Shown here piece after piece: positions 26,430 through 38,960 of a stretch of 64,000 nucleotides of DNA. The notes under the pieces were generated by a model, which was not told where the DNA came from, searched no databases, and was given only the letters and a program-made list of their open reading frames with translations. How positions within the stretch are numbered: position 1 is the first letter of the stretch; every line of letters starts with the position of its first letter. Both the position numbers and the translations under genes were made by a program. The DNA comes from Vicugna vicugna (Eukaryota), in NCBI GenBank assembly GCA_013265495.1, contig MU058658.1, positions 557,059 through 621,058 on the forward strand, written 5' to 3'.

Positions 26430-29070
26430 GCCCCTGAAATGATATACCTCGATGATCTTTCTGTATTTGGTGACCAGGGTGGTCAGGAGCGAGAAGCAGG
26501 GGAAGGAACAGGAAATCCTAGAACACAGCCTTTATCGGGGTGTCCGCGGGAGAGCGAGGCAGGGCTGGGTAAGCAGGTTAGGACTGGCTGGTTAGGACAG
26601 TTTCCTCAGGCTTTGGGGCAAATGGGGCTTCTCCTGAGTCGTCTGGTACCTGGCCCTGGGTTGACTGAGGGCAGGGGAAACATTCCCCTGGTTGTGAAAG
26701 GAGGCAGAGCTCCGATCTGCACTTGAAAGGTGCTCAGGCAAGCTGGCTTGCAGTAGAGAGGTCAACAAGGTTCGCTCCGAGGTCGGCCTTGGGACTCATC
26801 CCTACCAAGCTGACAACTGCAGAAGCTAAGCAAGCACACGTGGAACAACTGGCCCTGTGACTGTGGCATTATTTTAAGGAGACTTTGCGGTGATAATTGT
26901 GGTGACTTTCGGGGAGTGGAGTATACATTGCCCTAAGGGGCATAGAAAATATTTTATTCTGAGTAGAAAAGACAGACCACAAAAAGGGAGTGGGAGGGTA
27001 TAGCTCAGTGGTAAAGCATGCGCTCTGCATGCACGACGTCCCAGGTTGAATTCCCAGTACCTCCACTACAAAAAGGAGAAGAAGGAACACAGGGAGAGAT
27101 AAAAGGAGCTCTTGCTGGTTGGCCCATAATTAGGTTTTCTATTTCTCTGGCATCAGCCAAGAAAACAGGTCTGAAATCTTAGGGGGTCTCTAACAGTGTC
27201 TTGGTGGAGTTGTAAAGTGTGTTGAAAGTATGAGATACGTAGTAACAGTTTATGTCTCAGGGAAGGAGGTAGGCCCGGCAGTGACGTTCTGGGACAGTGA
27301 AAGGTTATGACGCAGTCAAGTGCACGTAAGGATGCGCGCTGTTTGTGTATAACCAAGGGGAAGGGGTGGTCATGGTCAGAGATGCTGGGCAGGGGGTCTT
27401 GTGCGTGTCTGGGGGGTGAGGGTTCTTCTACCCTGGAGTTGGTTGATCTGAGTCAGGTGGGAACTCCAGGGGGAGTCACTAATGTCCATTAATATTTAGA
27501 GTGACTACTAGGAGGTTCGCCCAAGGCCTAGGGGTGTAGGGAAATGTTTTTGGCAGACAGTAATTAGTACAAAGGATCACGGGCTAAGCAGACGTCAGTC
27601 TCAAAACACAGTGCAACTCCGAAAATTAACGGGAAAAAAGAATAAAATGATCGTGTCCAATTTATGCCTGAGCTGTAAGTTGCCACTGTGGTGGAGGCTT
27701 CAGTGTCCAGAATGAAGTTGCCCTGGTGCACGGCGCAGACACAGCTCCAGCGGTGAGGCCTTGCACTGGGGCAGTGTCGCCTGTGGGCCTGGGGCATCCT
27801 TTGCAAGTGGATACACAGCGGGTTCCCGTGGGTCTCAGGGTTTGGTTTATTTAATGGTAACAATGGCTGACATGGGGTGGGGGTTGGGCCTGCAGGTTGG
27901 AACCCAATGACGGCACCTATTCCGTAGTAATAGGACCAACATTCAGCAGAACAGAGTGCAGCGGCACTTGACAGATTTAATTTTTTTAGTGGGATTTTAG
28001 CTCAAATGGGTCCCACAGCAGATGAGCATCTTCTTGGCCAGGAGAAGTGTCTATGGTTAATTGGTCCCAGGGAATTGGCTCCCTTGTTCTGGCCTCTGTC
28101 CTTTATAAGATGGCATGAGGCATGATTAAAAGTGTATTAAAGATAAGGTAAGGCCTGGAGCAGGATAGAGACCCATTTCAAGTTCATTTGTTGGATGAGG
28201 TTTTTTTCTTCTTTTAAAAATTTTTTAACTTTAGGGTGAGGGTATAGCTCAGTGGTAGAGCACGTGCTTAGGATGTATGAAGTCCTGGGTTCAGTCTCCA
28301 GTACCTCCACTTAAATAAATAACCTAAATAGCCCACCACAGAAATGCTTTTTAATTTTAATTTTTATTTATTTTTTTGCTTACTTGTTTTGGTGGGGGTT
28401 TAATTAGGTTTCTTTCTTTATTTTGAATGGAGGCACTGGGGATTGAACCCAGGACCTCATGCATCCTAGGCATGCACTCCACCACTGAGCTATATTTACT
28501 GGATCCAACTGGGCAGGAATTTTTAGAGGAGCTGTTTGAGGGGACCATTATTTTTCCTCAGTTAAGCAAGCGATTTGGGACCACTTAATGGTATGAAAAT
28601 TCTATTGTGACTGTTTCTTTCGAGACCCCATCTTTGTGCTTTGAGCCGTGAAGTGTGTCCCTTGGTTGGTATTCGTAGTGTCTGTGATGCCAGAAGGAAT
28701 AGGCGGGTCTAGGCAAGGCCTTGTATTATGGTCTCACTATATGTAGAGAAATGTGTGGTCTTGACTTATATTTTAGGTGTGTGTGAGGCAAGAGATTCCT
28801 AGGGTCCTTTACCTGGCAGGGGACAATTTTTAGGTAGTGGTCCATACATTCATTATAAAGGTGAAGGTGGGGCTATTTGTTGGCCAGGACATCCAGTCCT
28901 ACGATGAGTATCTGATGTTTGGCCCAGTGTGCTGTTTCCTGGGCCCTGCTCTTTACTAGGCTGGCTGAGGGATGGAACGTAGCAGCATTCGGCCTGACGC
29001 TGTCACATATGATGGCTGGCAATACCATGTGCATCACCCACAAATTCTCATTGCAGTTCCCTTGATACAC
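26430..29070 (-). mobile_element. Degenerate ERV (ERVL-like) remnant: LTR-like ~26430-26750, internal region with integrase trace, nested SINEs
   Basis: Minus-strand translation from 28670: TNQGTHFTAQSTK...Q*NFHTIKWSQIACLTE, like integrase core SDQGTHFTA...WxFHxPYHPQAAGLIE. Confidence 0.6.
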
Positions 29071-31229
29071 AGAACAGATAGATGTAAAACATGATATCAA
29101 AAACAGTCATCGTGAGGATAGGAGAGGAGAGTACAAATTCAGGGTTCTAAAAATGCTTTTGAGATTAAGAGATCAGCAACTTAAAACAATCATCTAACAA
29201 CAAATTGTCTTTTATATTTTAATTACACAACTGAATATGCATAATCACTGTCACTGCCTACTCACTCTGTACATGGAATCAATTTTAACAGCTTGTGAGC
29301 CTAAACTTAAAGGTGAAAATTATAGTAATTCTAGAAGAAATCATTGGAGGTATCTTAATGATGTGGGGGAAGGTAAATTACCTTAAACACGACCTATAAA
29401 GCAATAAGTATAGTGGAATATATTGATAAAAATTTAAATCTCATAAACAGACATCAGTTTAAAAATAGAAAAGACACAGGCTTAAGAAAATCATCACAAG
29501 TCACATATTTGACCAAGAACTTTTACCTAGAATACATAAGAAACTACTCCAACTCAATAGTAAGAAAGCCAAAACAGTGAATTAAATAAATGCTTATAAT
29601 ATGTAAGACACTATATAATGAAAGATATGTGAGTTCCATATAATGAAAGATACACAGTAAAACCTACGGACTTAAATATCAGCCTGGAAAGTAATTTTTT
29701 CTGGCTAATTCTGAGAAATTTTGAGCATCAAAATGAATACTGACTGCACTGGATGGTAGCCTATGAAATATGTTTCAATATATGAATCCACAGCAATACA
29801 GATAAGTGGGTGAATGAATGATGAGGAAGATGCTCTACCCGGCGATACCATGCCAGTTAAATATACAAGTATACAGAGAGCAATGGAATGAGGAAAATCG
29901 TTCATCATTTCTAAAAGATCCACATAGATCAGGACACTTACAGAGTTTCAAAGTATCACTTGACTAATTGCTTATCAGTTTTAAAGGTAAAAATATAGTA
30001 AATTTAATGTCAAGAGTCCAGGGAACCCAACCTGTGAGAGACGAGAGAGAATCTCATCTCATTCATGAGTCTCCTAATCTGATGTAGTAAAGGCACTATC
30101 ACTTCTGTGGTTTCTCTGCCAAACAAATCAAATAAAATTTTTAAATTTTAAAACCACAAAAAATAACCATAATTATCAGTAAATAGAGAAATGTTATAAA
30201 GCAGTTGGACTGTATTCTTCAAAAGTAACAAATCCAGGAAAAATTAAAGTAAAAACGAAGCCTCTCAGAGCATAAAGGTGTGGAAAAACACAGGACATGT
30301 AGGTGCAGTGTGTGACTTTGGACTTAGTTCTGCACTGACAGAAAATACGAGTCAAGAGCTGTTGGTGGAGGGTGTAGCTCAGTGGTGCAGTGGATGCCTA
30401 GCACGCAGGAGGCCCTGGGTTCAATCCATCATAGTTTTGATTTTCACTTTCCTGATGATTAATGATATGGAGCACCTGTTCATGTGTTTGTTGGTTGTGT
30501 CTTCTTTGGAAAAATATCTGTTGAGATCCTCCGTCCATTTCTAATCAGATTCTTTGTTTTTTTGCTATTGAGTTGAATGAATTTTATATGTATATATATT
30601 GGATATTAAGCCTTTTTCAGATGTTCTATTTTCTCTCATTCATTAGGTGGCCTTCCCATTTTGCTGATGATTTTCATTGCTGGGCAGAAGCTTTTTAATC
30701 TGAGGTGGTCTCATTTACTTATTTTTGCTTTTGTTGCTTTTAGTGTCAGATGTAAAAATCATCACCGAGACCTGTCAAGGAGCTTACCGCCGAGGGTGGG
30801 TGCTTTCTTATCATCTGATCCCACCGACCAAGGGAGGTCCGTGCGGGCATTTATTTTGTGTTTTGTGCGCTTACACATCCTGTATTCCTACCAAGGGATC
30901 TTCCCTACACATGATACTTGATATCATGGTGTCTGATAATTCATTCAAGAAGCATGTTACCCTAGGCTTACTACTTGCATCCCCCTGTGTGTTCTTTCTA
31001 ATCTGTTCATTCTCCAGATCTTCATTTTTGTGCCCTCAGTCCTCTCAGGAATCGTATTTGAGAGACAAACCCTTCCTGTTGACTGAGTCCCCAGTTGGCC
31101 CAGCTTCCTTGCATCATTTATTAGATCTCTGTGCCTTCTGTTCATCTTCCCATGGGATTTTCATTTGTTTCAAAAGTAACGTCTTTCCGTTTCTGCCACT
31201 CACGTCAGATATCTTTATTACTTATTTTT

Positions 31230-31475
31230 AACAGCTTTCAGTAATTTGCACAATTTGTGAAGGTTTCCCCAGATAATCTCTACTCCCATTTGCAGACACT
31301 CTCACTGCAATCACAGTTGAAATGAGGATTACTTCCCAACCAAGAGATGAGGTCATAGAATCCCCAGCCTTCATCTCAAGGTTCAGATGCCCTTTGCCAT
31401 ACCTGTGCAGGTGCCACCCAGGCACCCACTGTCCTGACAGCAAATGCCAACCTGGTAAGTAGCTTTTCTGTTCAG
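31230..31475 (+). promoter_or_regulatory. Third V1R-type promoter / first-exon paralog (orphan), donor CAG|GTAAGT at 31475|31476
   Basis: Colinear with copy 2 (ACAGTTGAAATGAGGATT 31313-31330, GAGATGAGGTCA, CCCAGGCAC, CTGTCC.GACAG, TCAGGTAAGT.TCAGATT). Confidence 0.7.
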
Positions 31476-31757
31476 GTAAGTATCAGATTCTTAGAAGGAG
31501 TGTAGCTCAGGAAATCCAGAGATAACTATTTTCTTTTTAAAACTGGGTTTCTAGGGGCAGAGGGTAGCTCAGGGGTAAAGTGCATGCCTAGCATGCATGA
31601 GGTCCTGGGTTCAATCCCCAGTGCCTCCATTAAAAGTAAACATATTTACCTCTGCCCCCCCCAAAATAAAAATAATAAAATTGCTTGATTAAAAGAAAAG
31701 AATGAGAAAAAGATCACAAAAAATTGGCTTTCTAAGGTTAGAACACAGTAAGTTCAG

Positions 31758-32072
31758 GTGGGAGAGAGGGAGGGGGGAAGGAGGGAAGGAGAGAGGGAGG
31801 GGNNNNNNNNNNNNNNNNNNNNNNNNNNNNNNNNNNNNNNNNNNNNNNNNNNNNNNNNNNNNNNNNNNNNNNNNNNNNNNNNNNNNNGGGAGGGGGAAGG
31901 AGAGGGAGGGAGGGAGGAGCTGGGGAAGGAGGGAAGGAGAGAGGGAGGGAAGGGGAGAGGGAGGGAAGAAGGGAAGGAGGGGGAAGGGGGAGGGTGAAGA
32001 AGAGGAAGGGAAGGGGAGGGAGGGAGAGAGGGAGGAGAAGGGGGAAGAAGGAGGGAGAGAGAGAGGGGAAGG
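31758..32072 (+). repeat. GA-rich low-complexity tract containing an 85-N assembly gap (31803-31887)
   Basis: Near-pure purine runs (GGGA, GGAA, GAGG) on both sides of the N run. Confidence 0.95.
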
Positions 32073-32172
32073 TGTCTCTTCAGGGCAACAAAGATGTGTC
32101 TGTTTCTGGGTTTCCCACTACTTCTTCCCCCTCCTCCCTGTTAAAGCTTTCTCTGAAATTTTCTCTCACTTA

Positions 32173-32337
32173 AGGGGGGAGGGTATAGCTCAAGTGGTAG
32201 AGCACATGCCTATCATGCCTGAGGTCCTGGGTTCAATCCCCAGTACCGCCACTGAAAAATCAAATAAGTAAACCTAATTACCTCCCCCCTGCAAAAAAAC
32301 AAAAAAACAAAAAAAAAAAAAAAAGGAAAGAAAAAAA
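32173..32337 (+). mobile_element. Young tRNA-derived SINE with perfect 17-bp TSD
   Basis: AAATTTTCTCTCACTTA at 32156-32172 and 32338-32354; long A tail. Confidence 0.92.
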
Positions 32338-33696
32338 AAATTTTCTCTCACTTACCCCTGACTAAACACAGTGAACCTCATAGCGTTTAGTCAAAGGAAT
32401 GTAACAAGCAATAAGAAAACAATGGTATATGAAGTAGATAAGCAACATGGGGCTACTGTACAGCACAGGGACCTATATTCAGTATCTTGTAATAACCTAG
32501 AGTGGAAAAGAACCTGAAAATATATGTGTGTGTGTGTATCCATATCTGCTATGTAAATAATGCTGCAGTGAACATGGGGTTGCATGTATCTCTTTTAGTG
32601 TTTTCATTTTCTTTGGACAAATACTGAAAATATGTATATATATAAATATGAATATATATAAACTGAATTACTTTGCTCTACACCTGAAACTAACACAACA
32701 TTGTAAATCAATTTAAAAAAAAGAAAGAGAGCAGGGAGGATATAGGTCAGCAGTAGAGCACATGTTTAACAAACACAAGGTCCTGGGTTCAATCCCCAGT
32801 ACCTCCATTAAATAAACAACCAAACCTAATTACCCCACAAAATTTTTTTTAAACGTGAACAGTGGTGATCTCCCAGTCTGCTGTTGTTCAAGTGAAAGTT
32901 GCTGGTGTATGCAGTTTCCTGGGAAGAGGGGCACTTTATTATAAATAGACTATATGGTAATATGTCTCTAAAATTTCTGTCACCAGTAGAAAAGTGTTAA
33001 CATTTATTTTCCATTTAGAGAATGGAAAGCGTCACTTCTCTCTCATTTTTAAAACAGACTTAAAATAGTACATGAGAAATATGGCTGATAATTGTAGGGG
33101 GTCAGACAAAAGGAATGTATTTGAGTGTCAAGATACAAAGATGACCGTGAAATCCAGCTAGATAGGAAGCACATCTTGCTACTCTAATCCTCACATACAA
33201 TGTGTGAGCCATCTTCCTTCCAAGATGGCTCTTTGTTCAAACAAAATAAAATTCAGTGCAGAGACACTTTCTTATGGAGACGCTGACTTCCTTCTGAGAG
33301 CAGGAGGCACTTGATTGAGGTCCTCTGTATGTCTCCGTAGAACCGTGTAACCAGGGGAGATTATGAGCAATTATTATCTCTGTATTGTAGCAACAATTTA
33401 AATGACTTTCACTAACCATAGGCTCTTGTTGTGGGTTCTGTAATTGATAACTCACTTTTATCCATTGTAAACCCTCAGAAAAGTATCCTGTGTCTACACT
33501 TGTGACCATGATTTGTGCTTCATCTTCCACAACCATTCTATGAACCTAACTGTCCATTTCTTTACTGATAACAATTTGGCATTCAGTGATTCTATATGTT
33601 GAAGGAGCAGATTCTCTTAATTAAAATTAGGGTGGTTTTTTTTTGTAGTTTTATTATTACTAGAAGAATTACAAGAACATTATCTTTTTTACTGGA

Positions 33697-34275
33697 ATTT
33701 TTTAAAAACACCTTTGTTGTGCTGTGGTTCCTGTATAGTAAAGTACACATATTTCAAATGTACAATTTGATGAATTTTAATAGGTGTATACACCCATGAA
33801 ACCACCACTACAATCAAGATAGCTAACATTTCCATCACTCCCCAAGAGACACTGTTTTTGAATTCCCAATTTATCCCTTCCCACCTCCTTTCGCCCTTGG
33901 TAACCAGAAGTTTGTTCTCTTTTGTAGGTAAGTTCATTTGTATCATTTCCTTTTTTTTTTAGATTCCACATATAAGTGATATATGGTATTTTTCTTTCTC
34001 TTTCTGGCTTACTTCACTTAGAATGACAATGTCCAGGTCCATCCATGTTGCTGCAAATGGCATTATTTTATTCTTTTTTATGCTGAGTATTATTTCGTTG
34101 CATATGTATACATACCACATCTTCTTTATCCAGTCATCTGTCAGTGGACATTTAGGCTGTTTCCATGTCTTGGCTGTTGTAAATAGTGGAGCTATGAACA
34201 TTGGGGTGCATGTGTCTTTTTGAATGATATTTTTCTTTGGACAAGTAGGATTGCTTGATCATACGGTAAGTCTAT
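33697..34275 (-). mobile_element. Composite L1 3' element (second copy)
   Basis: ORF 33959..34201 MFIAPLFTTAKTWKQPKCPLTDDWIKKMW is L1 ORF2 C-terminus; junction matches the 23.7 kb copy. Confidence 0.85.
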
Positions 34276-35639
34276 TTTAGACCGCTGTGACCAGGCCCCA
34301 CCTTTCCCCCTAGACTCCAGTGGCAGTGGCTACACAGGTGGGTCCGATTCAGTTAAATGCCGCATCCTCCCGGCCTTCACCGAGCTCTTCTCGTTCTGTG
34401 GTAGTTGTGATCTTCTCCGTAGTTATCTTACAAGTGTCCTTTATTTATATTTATCCTCTGAAACCTTGGCTTTCTGAATTTTCAGATATGATGTGCTTGA
34501 CCAAAAAAAAAAAAAAAACCCACAGAACTTCCACGTGCACTGCCCAGGTCAAGAAATGTGACCCCAGAAATCACCTGTACAGTCTTTCCAAAACAGTCAT
34601 CCCCGTCCCCGGAGCTAAGGCGTTGTCTGATGTTACAAGTAAGCTTTTCCTCACTTTTCTCGATAGCCTTACCATCTATTTGGAAAATAATTTGATGACT
34701 GTAGTTCAGTTTTGCTCACTTGTTTTAAAACTTTTTTAGGAGTGGCATCATATTAGTATATGATGTATTTTCCTACACTTACACACTATTGTGTGATTTT
34801 TATTGATGTATTTCATGGCTATCAATTTATTTTCCTTTTTGTACAGGATTCTGTAGTTTGAATATATGAGTAAAATGTCTATAAGTTCTGTTGAAAACTT
34901 TTCTTTGGGGTTTTTTTTGGTATATGTTTTCAGCAGTTATAAACACTGCTATTGTAGTCAAACCAGCCATGTGTCCTGAGGTATATATATTAAATACATT
35001 TGTGTAGCATGTTAAAATTATTGTATTTAAATGAATATTTCTGTTTTTTGATCTTGTTTTTAACTTAGCTCTCTGAAATTATTATACTTAATCTTTTGAC
35101 ACACACATGCATTACATAAACTTACTGTTTTACAGTATACACACACTTAAAAAGCTTTCGTATTTTAAGAGATTGTACTCTTCCAGTAATTTTTATTTTA
35201 CTGTTCAGTCATCGTTGGTGATTTTGGAAGAGAAAATGGTTATGATATTTTAAATCCTAACAGGATGTTTATCATGTTTAGGTAACTGAATAGAGGTTGG
35301 GTCGTATAGCTTGTTTCATTTCTCTTAAGTTGAGGCAGTCAGAAATGAGGTCCAGTTATCCCAAACTGCTGAAGGCCAAGCGCTTTTACTGTGATGCTAG
35401 CAACAACCCTCTTACCGGATTTTCAGTGTGTGGTCAATAAACGGTGGTTCAGTTCTCTACCCAGGAGAGAACAGCCTATAGGAAACTACAAGCAATCTCT
35501 CTGAACACTTACGGAAATATTTTAATGTCAAAACATGGATCAATATAAAAATTACACATTCTTGAATTCTCTTATATAATGTTACAGTTATTTCAAGTCA
35601 GAATTTATGGATTAAACTGGAATATACAAAATGATAACT

Positions 35640-37520
35640 TAAATTGAAGTATAGTTAGTTTCCAGTGTTGTGTCAATTTCTGGTGTATAGTATATTGCTT
35701 CAGTCATACATGAACATAAATATGCTCATTTTCATACACTTTTCCACCAGAGGTTACTACAAGATATTGAATAGAGTTCACTGCGCTGTACAGTATGAAC
35801 TTGTTTATCTATCTTATATATAGTAGTTAGTATCTGCAAATCTCTAGCTCCTAATTTATGCCTTCCCACCCTGGTAACCGTAAGTTTTTTTTCTGTCTGT
35901 GAATCTGTTTCTGTTCTGTAAAAAAAAAAGTCTTTTTTTTAAGATTCCACATATGAGTGATATCATATAGCATTTTTCTTTCTCATTTCACTTAGAATGA
36001 CAATCTACAGGTCCATCCACGTTGCTGCAAATGATATTTTATTCTTTTATTCCATTCTACAAATATACCACATCTTTATCCAGTCATCTCAGTGGACATT
36101 TAGGTTGTTTCCATGTTTGTCTATTGTAAATAGTGCTGCTATGAACACTGGGGTGCAGGTATCTTTTTGAATTCATAGTCAAAGTATACTCAGTTACAAT
36201 GTGTTAATTTATGGTGTACAGCATAATATTTCACTTACATATTCATATTTCATTCACACACATACAGACTTGTTCACTTTTTGTATATATATATTTTATT
36301 GAAGTATAGTCAGTTTACAGTAATGTTATACTCATACCCTTTTCCACTGTGTTACTACAAGATACTGAAGCATGCACAAGGTCCTGGGTTCAAACCCCAG
36401 TAACTTACCTTCCCCTCCAAGAAACAAAACAATTTATCCCTCCCCACGTCCCAGTAACCATAAGTTTGTTTGTCGGCTTCTGTTTTGTCAATAAGTTTGT
36501 CTTTTCTTTTAAGAATGATGATCTCCAGGTCCATCCATGTTGCTGCCAATGGCATTACTTCATTCTTTTTTATGGCTGAGTAGGATTCCACTGTATAAAT
36601 ATGCCACAACTTCTTTATTCAATCATCTGTTGATGGACATTTAGGTTGTTTCCATGTCTTGGCTATTGTATAGTGCTGCTGTGAACATTGGGGTGCAGGT
36701 GTCTATTTTAATTAGGGTTCCTTCTGGATATATTGGTAAGTCTATTTTTAGTCAAAGTACACTCAGTTATATTCTTTTTAACCATAGATCACAACAAGAT
36801 ATTGAATATAGTTCCCTGTGCATTACAGTATGAACTTATCTATGATATATATATTAGTATCCTAAGTGGGGTATAGTTCAGTGTTAAACTGCATGCTAAG
36901 GTCCTGGGTTAAATCTCCAGTACCTCCTCTAAATAAATAAATGGTTATTTTGAATGTATCATATGGTAAGTCTGTTTTTAGTTTTTTGAGGAATCTCCAG
37001 ACTGTTTTCCATAATGGCTGCACCAAACTGCATTCCCACTAGTGTAGGAGGGTTTCCTTTTCTCCATTTTTGAAGTGATACTTCAGTTGTGATTTGCATT
37101 CCTCTGATAATTAGCAATATTGAGCAGTTTTTTATGTGCCTATTGGCCATTCATATTGCTTGTTTATATCTTCTTCCCATTTTTGGATTGGATTGTTTGA
37201 GAAATTAAGCCCTTGTCAATCTCATCTTTTGCAAAATATTTGCTCTTTTTCCATAGGTTTTTTTTTTTGGTAAGACAGTAACTTAATATAATGAAAGAAC
37301 CAACTGTTACCTATGGGAAAAGAAGAATGTATTATCAGGAAGAAACACAAGAGCTGGAATGAAGTGGAAGTGTCAGCAACAGAGCAGTACAAAAATCAGA
37401 CTTAATTTTGGTATTTGTGGCACATGACCTGCCACAACCATAGTCTGGTGTAGCCATTATGGAAAACAGTCTGGAGATTCCTCAGGCTAAAAGGAGGCTA
37501 TAATCCAGCAATCCCACTCA
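35640..37520 (-). mobile_element. Cluster of repeated, internally deleted L1 3' fragments and SINE pieces
   Basis: The same L1 3' strings recur several times (35640, 36177, 36300, 36750). Confidence 0.8.
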
Positions 37521-37768
37521 TTCAGAGGTTCCCCCTGGACATGATCTCTTATTCAGCTGTACTCACACAGGAATGTGACAGGATTTGCATGTTTTTTCCT
37601 ACTTTGGGGAAAGCCTTTTCTCACAATACCCACTTGACTTTATATGTGGTTGGTTTACTCTTGAGCCTTTAGCACCACTTTTATTAACTATTAATTGCTA
37701 ATTAATTACTCATTCATCTTTGTATCACTGATGAGAATTAAAGTGACATGAGCCTGCTCCTCCCGCAG

Positions 37769-38960
37769 TTTGCACTTAGGCAGAACTGTCCCTCATGGCC
37801 CTTGCACTGGTGAGTGTCAGGTGTTCTGGAACTTTTACTTCCAGTCTTCCCAGCTTTGGTGTCTGTACAGCAACCTACAGGCTGAGATGTGAAAGGTGTC
37901 TTAGGTACAGGGGTTAGTATGCACCGATGCTCGGAGATGAGGTTGAGAAGGGAGTGTCTGTTAATTAAATGTCTGGTGAGCAAGGGTCAGAGGCCTAGTA
38001 GTGGGTTTCTCTTCTCATTTAGATCTTAATAGGTTATCTCGTGCAGAACAGACTAGGGAAAAGGAAGGCGAAGGTAATGGTGAGGGTAGGAGAATACTTG
38101 TTGGCTACTAGATTTGTTTTTAAAGTAGGTCTAATGTGAAGGGGGTCACAGATGACTCCAAAGTTTTTGCCCTTTGCACATCAACTGGGATGGGGAAGGC
38201 AGTGGGAGTAGTTTTTCAATGAGAATATTACGAATTGGGTTTTGGCCATGCTGAGTTTCAGATGGTCCGGAGACTCCCAAGTATGAGAGACAAGTGAACA
38301 TGCAGAGCTAGAGTGCTGGGGAGGGCTTCAGGTTGCCAAGAGGAAGAGAAAGTCCAGTGAGTGATATGCATGCGGAGAAGGTGTGTGAATGAACTCCCCT
38401 GGGGCCCTGGCACTAGGAACTTAGAAGGATGGGCCCAGGTTTGTTTGTGGGGATGTGATCCTGGGGACTCTCGGGCTCTTTCTTACCTTGCAGGAAAGCT
38501 GTTTGTCCCCCTGCTGATCAAGGAGGCAGAAAGAAAATACAGGCTGGAGTTGGGGGTACTTAAAGAGAGGCTGCTCATAGACACATCTGTCCCCCTCATC
38601 ACAGGGCGCTGGGCCTTGGAGACTGCGAGACCCCTGTACCATGATGTGATGTTGGAGAACTTGGTGATTTCACTAAGTAAGAACAGCATCCTGGGCTGGG
38701 CTCTGCACACATCTGTTACTGCTTCCCTGTCCCGTGTGTGTGTATATATACTGCCTCCTTTCACAAGTAGCTCAAAAGTTTTGGAGTTAGTCTGGTGGGT
38801 TCCATCAGTCTCAGCTGTTCCCTGCTAGCAACCTCAAGGTTCTGTACCCTCCGCCCAGTGCTGACTGCTCACTTGTCCCATCTTTTCTTTCCCTTAGGAC
38901 TTACATCTTCAAAGTCCAATGTTGTCCAACTGGAGCTGGGAGGAGAACCCTGTGTGCTTC
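37769..38960 (+). pseudogene. KRAB-ZNF gene remnant: small exon 37769-37809, deleted KRAB-A exon 38605-38676, truncated KRAB-B exon from 38898; no finger exon found
   Basis: CAG|...ATGGCCCTTGCACTG|GTGAGT; RPLYHDVMLENL between CACAG and GTAAG; TAG|GLTSSKSNVVQLELGGEPCV. Confidence 0.8.

Noticed and set aside
31702..32271. 189-aa Gly/Glu/Arg-rich ORF
   Set aside because: Runs through a GA repeat, an N gap and a SINE
33130..33690. Possible V1R CDS remnant for the orphan promoter
   Set aside because: Only weak short word matches to the V1R-2 3' end; no V1R motif (GN, CK...R, HKQRV, PF) that I could read
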